Shown one piece after another: positions 56,064 through 64,000 of a DNA stretch of 64,000 nucleotides (positions are counted from its first letter, which is position 1; each line of letters opens with the position of its first letter). The notes below the pieces were generated by a model, which was not told the DNA's origin, ran no database searches, and saw only the letters and a program-made list of their open reading frames with translations. Source of the DNA: Octopus vulgaris (lineage: Eukaryota). The stretch is taken from the NCBI GenBank assembly GCA_951406725.2, contig OX597815.1:3968001-4032000 (forward strand), in the 5' to 3' direction. A program made the translations under genes and the position numbers.

Positions 56064-56953
56064 GTATGTATGTATGTATGTATGTATGTATGTATGTATG
56101 TATGTATGTATGTATGTATGTATGTATGTATAGATGTATGTATGTATATTTGAATGTATGTATGTATGTATGTATGTATGTATGTATGTATGTATGTATG
56201 TATGTATGTATGTATGTATGTATGTGTATGTATGTATGTATGTATGTATGTATGTATGTATGTATAGATGTATGTATGTATATTTGAATGTATGTATGTA
56301 TGTATGTATGTATGTATGTATGTATGTATAGATGTATGTATGTATATTTGAATGTATGTATGTATGTATGTATGTATATTTGAATGTATGTATGTATGTA
56401 TGTATGTACGTATGTATGTATGTACGTATGTATGCATGTATGTATGTATGTATGTATGTATGTATGTATGTATGTATGTATGTATGTATGTATGTATGCA
56501 TGTATGTATGTATGTGTGTATGTGTGTATGTACGTATGTATGTATGTGTGTGTGTGTATGTATGTATGTATGTATGTATGTATGTATGTATGTATGTATG
56601 TATGTGTGTATGTATGTATGTGTGTATGTATGTATGTATGTATGTATGTGTGTATGTATGTATGTATGTATGTATGTATGTATGTATGTATGTATGTATG
56701 TGTGTATGTATGTGTGTATGTATGTATGTATGTGTGTATGTATGTATGTATGTATGTATGTATGTGTGTATGTATGTATGTGTGTATGTATGTATGTATG
56801 TATGTGTGTATGTATGTATGTATGTATGTATGTACGTATGTATGTATGTATGTGTGTATGTATGTGTGTATGTATGTATGTATGTGTGTATGTATGTATG
56901 TATGTATGTGTGTATGTGTGTATGTGTGTATGTATGTATGTATGTATGTATGT
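56064..56953. repeat. ~890-bp (TATG)n satellite with recurring interruptions
   Basis: The TAGATG...TATATTTGAA variant block recurs in the left third. Confidence 0.95.
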
Positions 56954-57080
56954 GAGTCATAATAAACATAAAAATATGCTGTATGAAATTGTAAAATATA
57001 AAAAAAACATTTTCAGGAAGAACAAGTTTCCATATTCTATATCGCTAAATATATAACTATATATATGTATATGCGTGTGT

Positions 57081-57290
<210 letters not shown>

Positions 57291-57385
57291 ATAAAGGGTG
57301 GAATATAATTAATTTAATAAAATTAATCAATTTCACCTAGTAGATTTATCGGTATGGAAAAGACCAATTATTATAATTATTATAT

Positions 57386-57434
<49 letters not shown>

Positions 57435-57550
57435 ATATATATATATATACATATATATATACATATATGTATATACGTATGTGTGTGTGCGTGTGTGTGT
57501 GTGTGTGTTTGTGTGTGTGAGCTTTTTCGGACATATGATCCACTCACGAT

Positions 57551-57611
<61 letters not shown>

Positions 57612-57671
57612 ATGTATGTATGTATATATAGATATATGTATATAAGTATATATATACATATATATATATAC

Positions 57672-57717
<46 letters not shown>

Positions 57718-57750
57718 GTGTGTGTGTGTGTATGTATGTATGTATTTATA

Positions 57751-57830
<80 letters not shown>

Positions 57831-57883
57831 GTGTGTGTGAGTGTGTATGTATATGTATATACATACATACATACATACATACA

Positions 57884-57914
<31 letters not shown>

Positions 57915-58590
57915 GATAAACATAATACTCTAGCTAATAATGATACCTTGTGTACAGGTTCGGATGGAAACAGAATTCTGTGTGTGGCTAAAGATTATAA
58001 CAATGACAATAAAAATAGGATTTTGACATCAGCCACCAAACCTAAGTCTAATCATATTATTATTAGTGACGACAAAAATAATAGCATCAACATGAATAAT
58101 AGTAATAATAATCATACGAATAAGAATCAGAATAAAAATAAGAAGACCCAGACTAGCGTAACATCCAATAAGCTATGTAATTGTAGGGTCGATGAGTCCT
58201 GTCCACTTGCAGGCTCATGTCGCCGCTACAACGTTATCTATAAATGTATGGTTACTGTATCTAATGGCCAGAAGAAGGTATATATTGGAAGCACGACCGA
58301 CTTCAAAAGGAGATACAGAGCCCAAATGAATTCTTTCACAACCCCAAATGCAAGACATCCGCCACTTTAGCGGCCTTTGTGAATAACCTTAAAGATAGAA
58401 ATTTAACGTATGAACTATTATGATTCGTAATTGATCGGACAGATGTAAATTATGTATTAGGGAATCGTATCCAATTCTAAAATTATTTAGTGCTAATATG
58501 CTGAGCACATTTTCAGATGCGATTCCTTCATGTACCCATAAATTCTATTCAACATTTCTAAGGACACATAAAATTAGACCTACTAACTAA
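57915..58590 (+). pseudogene. Penelope-like element GIY-YIG endonuclease relic (probably Naiad clade)
   Basis: [24 protein letters not shown]...[16 protein letters not shown], then across frameshifts [24 protein letters not shown] and RCKLCIRE...SCTHK. Confidence 0.85.
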
Positions 58591-58961
58591 ATCTATTAAA
58601 ACTTACCTTATTAATAATATTTGAATGTATTTTCCGTGAATCTTAGATTCTTCCACTCTGGTCAGAATATTATCACTTACATATGAACTCTGTAATCTTA
58701 CTAATAATAAAAAATATACCCATAAGTTCTATTCAACATTTCTAAGAACATATAGAATTAGACCTGGTAACTGAATCTATTAAACCTTATCTTATTACTT
58801 AGAAAATTACTATTTGTAAATCTCACAACGAGAAATATTCAGCAATCTTGGAGTAAAGATTGTTTGCCAATTTAACATGGCAGTCCTGGTTTAGGACGAA
58901 TGTTGCTGTAATTTAGCCCCAAGAGACATCGTCTCCAGCTGGCTATACAACACGATCTGTG

Positions 58962-59115
58962 TCCTTATATTTTCAAACAAGAGAATCTAGCACCCCGACT
59001 CAGCTCAAAACAATTTCTGTGTATCGCGAAGGGAAATAACCCGGAAATGGCGATACACAGATATTGTGTGGAGCTGAGTGGGGGTGCTAGATTCCCTTGT
59101 TCGAAAATATAAGGA
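58962..59115. repeat. Imperfect inverted repeat, ~65-bp arms
   Basis: TCCTTATATTTTC..GAATCTAGCACCCC.ACTCAGCTC..CTGTGTATCGC is mirrored. The upstream part 58801-58957 matches 27449-27608. Confidence 0.85.
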
Positions 59116-59288
59116 TTCTTCAATTCTTGCCAGTATTTTATCATTTGCATATGAGCTTTGAAATTTTATTTTTAAAATTAAATAAATAAATAAAGTTCTC
59201 TTCTTTTAATCTATCAAATCATTATCATACAGGATTTCATCACGAAGGAAACCACCCTGATAAGAAGGTGGAGGCATTATGTTTTTGT

Positions 59289-59350
59289 ATATGGAATACT
59301 GAAAACGCCATTTATACATTTAATGTATCTCTGAAACGGCCGTACATATC
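59289..59350 (+). ncRNA. Degenerate hammerhead downstream of the GIY-YIG relic
   Basis: CTGAAAA...TACATTTAATGTA..GAAAC-GGCC-GTA, with possible ATATG/CATAT pairing. Confidence 0.4.
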
Positions 59351-59696
59351 ATTTACCAGAATTTGTATCTTATCTAATAATCTTTACCAAATTTATTTAC
59401 CCCTGATTCTTTAAATTTTGAGCTCTCGTCGGACAATTCATACAAACGTCAAATTCTTAATCAATTGGAGGCACTTTCCTTCGGTTTTCCTCTCTTCGTT
59501 TCTCACTTCTCCATTCGGTACCCGAAACCCAACGTACATGATGCATAGGCTCCACATATGACTTTTGCATGTAATTTTGTTCGCTTGTTTATATAAATTT
59601 ATAGGTTATTATATTTCGTTTTGTCCCTTAAATTATGCTTTGGAATTTCTATTGATTGCCTACATGTGTTCCTTCTACAATTTCTCTTATCCTTTG

Positions 59697-59821
<125 letters not shown>

Positions 59822-59832
59822 TTATATATATA

Positions 59833-60054
59833 TAGTTAATCCAAACAAGAAAACACAGAAAAAAACACAGCAACGCGAGGACGTGGAACAATTAAAGTAT
59901 TATTTGACGCTCAGGAAAGAAGGGAAGGAGGGTTTAACGTTTCGAGCGGAGCTCTTCGTCGGAAACAAGGAGAAGGAAAGATCCCGAGAAGGGAAGACAG
60001 AGGAAAAAAATATTTTTGCTGGTGGTGCTCAAGAGATCACATGTTGAAAGAGAT

Positions 60055-60057
<3 letters not shown>
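59833..60057 (-). mobile_element. Family H1 element
   Basis: CCGACGA-type hammerhead variant at 59932-59966. Confidence 0.75.
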
Positions 60058-60129
<72 letters not shown>

Positions 60130-60703
60130 GTAGAAAAATACAAACTGGGACAAGAACGCGAAACACTTAGAAGACGACACAAAAAACACGGACGGGACAT
60201 TCGAAGCCCTCAATCATCAGTCAAGAACCGGATCATCCTAGCAATTTCGGCTGATATATATATATATATATATATATTTATATTATATGAGTACCGAAAT
60301 AAAAAACCTGAGTGACGTACAGACCAGTAAGCCCGCTTATAAATTTATTCCAATTTTCTAATAAACTCATTAAAACCTATTGAAAGAAATGTGAATAAAA
60401 TATTATTTTTTATGATTCAATATATTTTTTACTTGGATTAATTCTATTTCATTATGTTTTACAAACATTCTTATCGCTTTATGCACATATGTGTGTGTGT
60501 GTGTGTGTGTGTATGGTATATATATATATATAACTAATGTGCATAAAAATTTTTTTTTTTTCGGGAAAAAAATTTTATCAATGGCCAGCATATCAAAAAA
60601 TACCTTTAAAGGTTAAATTTATAAATAATTTACAAAATGAGGGCAAAAGAAAAATTCTATTGCCAAATATGCCGAAAAAAAGACAAAAATTGCCAATATA
60701 ATA

Positions 60704-60752
<49 letters not shown>

Positions 60753-61087
60753 AGATAAGAAAATGGAGAAATACATCTAAATCAAATATCAATTATCAGA
60801 TAATACTCAATCACATACTTTATTAAACCACCACATAAGAGACTGTAGGGTTAAATATAAAAAGCAGAACAATATATATATATATATATATGAATCCTTA
60901 TGAATGTATACGTCTATGAATTTGTGTTGCAAGATTCCTGAGTTGAAACAATAATCGTTGTATTTCGGAATGATCTTCCCTTGGAATCTTACAATACAAA
61001 TCCTTAGTCGTAACAACACGAGGCTCGGCCAGGCTAGAAAGACATTGAAAAACAGGATACTTTGTTGAATATATAGTACGTGTGTTT

Positions 61088-61309
61088 ATTTCTTTATGGC
61101 CCACTGGGGGCTACACACAGAGGGGACAAACAAGAACAGACAAACGGATTAAGTCGATTACATCGACGCCAGTGCGTAACTGGTACTTATTTAATCGACC
61201 CCGAAAGGATGAAAGGCAAAGTCGACCGCGGCGGAATTTGAACTCAGAACGTAGCGGCAGACGGAATAGCGCTAAGCATTTCGCCCGGCGCGCTAACGAT
61301 TCTGCCAGC
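61088..61309 (-). mobile_element. SINE family B monomer
   Basis: Core and head. Confidence 0.8.
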
Positions 61310-61416
61310 TAGTCCGTGTGTTTATTGAGCGGGAACAAATTTTTTTTAAATAACCATCCCGACATATATATTATGCAAAATTGTCGTAAGCCCAAAACGT
61401 TGCCTTTTCAGAAAAC

Positions 61417-61474
<58 letters not shown>

Positions 61475-61476
<2 letters not shown>

Positions 61477-61698
61477 TACACACATTTTTTGTCCGAGTCA
61501 GACGCCATGATAGATCGTTAGCCGCTACACACATTTTTTCTCTCCTTGTTTCTCTCCTTGTCTTTTCTGTGTCCCTTTCTGTAGAGGAGCATGGCTCGAA
61601 ACGTAAAAGACTTTTCTATTCCTGAGCGCTATACTAATACATCTGTTTGTTTTGTACACCACCTGTCTTCGTCTTTTGTTTTTTTTTTCGTAAACTAT

Positions 61699-61702
<4 letters not shown>
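61475..61702 (+). mobile_element. H1-related element with hammerhead variant (61575-61609)
   Basis: CTTT-CTGTAGA-G-GAGC(atg)GCTC-GAAAC-GTA-AAAG, with downstream CCTGAGCG as in H1. A partial inverse copy lies at 17700-17790. Confidence 0.65.
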
Positions 61703-61782
<80 letters not shown>

Positions 61783-61825
61783 GTATGTATATTTATATAT
61801 ATATATTATATATATATATATATGT

Positions 61826-62118
61826 TTCACTGGTATTTAATTTATCGACCCCAGCGGAATTTGAACTCATAACGTAGCGACGGACGAAATACCTGTTTCT
61901 TTACTACCCACAAGAGGCTAAACACAGAGGGGACAAACAAGGACAGACAAACGGATTAAGTCGATTATATCGACGCCAGTGCGTAACTGGTACTTATTTA
62001 ATCGATCCCGAAAGGATGAAAGGCAAAGTCGACCTCGGCGGAATTTGAACTCAGAACGTAGCGGCAGACGGAATACCGCGAAGCATTCCGTCCATCGTGC
62101 TAATGATTGAAAGCCGCC
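61826..62118 (-). mobile_element. SINE family B, partial dimer
   Basis: One full and one deleted core. Confidence 0.8.
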
Positions 62119-62984
62119 TTATATATTTATATATAGAACAATATTATTATTTACGACTGAGAGGATTATTACATTATTATTATATGTGGGAGAAAAATAC
62201 AAACTGGGACATTAGAAAAACAATTTAAATTCAGGACCTAACGGAACGCATTTAAACGCCATTAACCTGCATTCTGAAATTTAGGAATATAAAGAATTTT
62301 TTTATGTTGTAAAAAAACGCGGGGGGGGGGGGATAGAACAAAAAATGCAAAACTTCATGGAAAATAGATAGAAAGGGATTATAGGAATAAATAAGGAGAA
62401 TGGAAAATGAAAAGAAGATCAAAAAACATTTTTTACTCGAGAAAAGAATTTAGATAGCAAAACTTTTGAAGAGAAAAGCGACGATTACTGATGTAAGGGA
62501 AACAACTCTTCAGTACACTGAGAAATTAACCTATCTTAATTACTTCCCTTCCATTAAAAAATTCCATTCTAAGAGTTCGAGCTGCAACGAAAATTTTAGA
62601 AATGAAGAAAAGAAAGAAATAAGTGGAAATTTTACCGGTGAGTGTATTAAATAATAAGGCACCAAAAGAGAATGACTCTCCCCAGACACAACAGAATATG
62701 CTTCAACACACGAACTCACATAAAGAATCTTGCAAACCAAATCCAAAAACGAAATATATTTCCAGTTAAGGAGAATTTTTATTTTGAAAATTTCTTAAGG
62801 ACGTTTTTCAGAATCGAACCAATATCTTCCAGTTTGTAGCGATTCCACTGAAAACATTCCTGGCCTTTTAAAGTACCACGGTAGTTTCACAATCTAATTT
62901 TCCTGGATCTTCTCTGGTATTTTTTTTGCTCATCCTATTTCTCAAGGGTTGAGAAATAAGCATCCACGCCGCCGATACAACTTC

Positions 62985-63192
62985 TCTCAGCAGAATCGTT
63001 AGCACGCCGGACGAAGTGTTTATCGGCAGTTCGTCCGACTTTACGTTCTAAGTTCAAATTCCAAAGACGTCGACTTTGCCTTTCATCCTTTGGGAGTCGA
63101 TAAATTAAGTACCAGTTGCGTACTGGAGTCGGTTTGAACCACTTATCCTCTCTTACTTGAAATTGCTGGCCTTGTGCCAACATTTGAAACCA
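62985..63192 (+). mobile_element. SINE family B (older)
   Basis: GACTTTGCCTTTCATCCTTTGGGAGTCGATAAATTAAGTACCAG. Confidence 0.75.
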
Positions 63193-63204
63193 GTGGTGGT
63201 GGTG

Positions 63205-63264
<60 letters not shown>

Positions 63265-63621
63265 TAATGATGATGATGCTGATAATGATTAAAAGAGAAA
63301 AGACACAAAAATAGACAATAAAATATTGAACCGTTGGATTTCGTGCCTGCAACTGTTTTTATTCTTTCTGTCGTTGCGACAAATTGTCCATGTCTCTGAA
63401 TCTTTCCAATTACAAACATCGAAACAAATGACTTTGCTATGCAAAACGCTTCCTACATTAAAAAAAATATATATTATACAGACATATTTCTTATAAACCG
63501 GTCTATTTTAAATATATATATTTATTCAGTTATAAATAAAGAAAATACCTTCCATATATTTATATATATATACAACGAGGCCACATGTCTTCACAAAGAC
63601 ATCAAAGTCACGGGAATTACC

Positions 63622-63802
63622 ATCATCATCATCATTGTTCGACCGTAGTCGAGACAATGGAATTTACCATGCTACGCCAGACTTCACGGTCCATCATGGC
63701 ATTACGGAGGTCCTGTTCCTGGATGCCTGTATCCCTGGAGATTACATCAGGGTAGGAGAGTGTGCGCCCTCTGGTATTGCGAGTAGACAGAAACCACAGC
63801 AT
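63622..63802 (-). mobile_element. RTE-like LINE 3' end with (ATG)n tail
   Basis: RGRTLSYPDVISRDTGIQEQDLRNAMMDREVWRSMVNSI. Confidence 0.75.
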
Positions 63803-64000
63803 CATGTCTTTTAAAGGTGTATATACGTTAAGTATGGTACATACAGAATTGTTCTAATTTAATGATATTCCAATTGCATTCGTTGAGTTTATTTCAGTCC
63901 GGCAGGTTTTCTGCAACATCAGTGGTTGCATTATTCACTATATTTTTATATATCGGACAAATTAGCAGACATATATGATATATGACGTTGTTATTTATTT

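Noticed and set aside
58420-58423. In-frame TGA in the GIY-YIG relic as selenocysteine
   Set aside because: It aligns with an expected Trp (TGG>TGA) in an already frameshifted copy.
62690-62930. Penelope RT remnant (minus-strand ISFLDL)
   Set aside because: A single short motif among stops and frameshifts; too weak to call.

Overview
AT-rich, microsatellite-dense eukaryotic non-coding DNA. The SINE families resemble those of octopus/coleoid cephalopods (recognised from memory, not searched). I found no credible host protein-coding gene: almost all listed ORFs are read-throughs of (TA)n, (CA)n, (TATG)n and trinucleotide repeats. The window is a nest of transposon debris. It holds three tRNA-derived SINE families, decayed LINE pieces (RTE, CR1/L2-like, Dong/R4-like, HERO-like), three non-autonomous Helitrons and a Penelope-like GIY-YIG endonuclease relic with a CxCx5Cx5C linker. 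The most interesting layer is a set of short elements sitting in (TA)n tracts. Many carry minimal hammerhead-ribozyme motifs, four with intact catalytic cores. They co-occur with about a dozen fold-back inverted repeats, including near-perfect 140-bp and 263-bp palindromes and a ~360-bp local duplication captured between two inverted ribozyme copies. All folds and alignments were done by eye.
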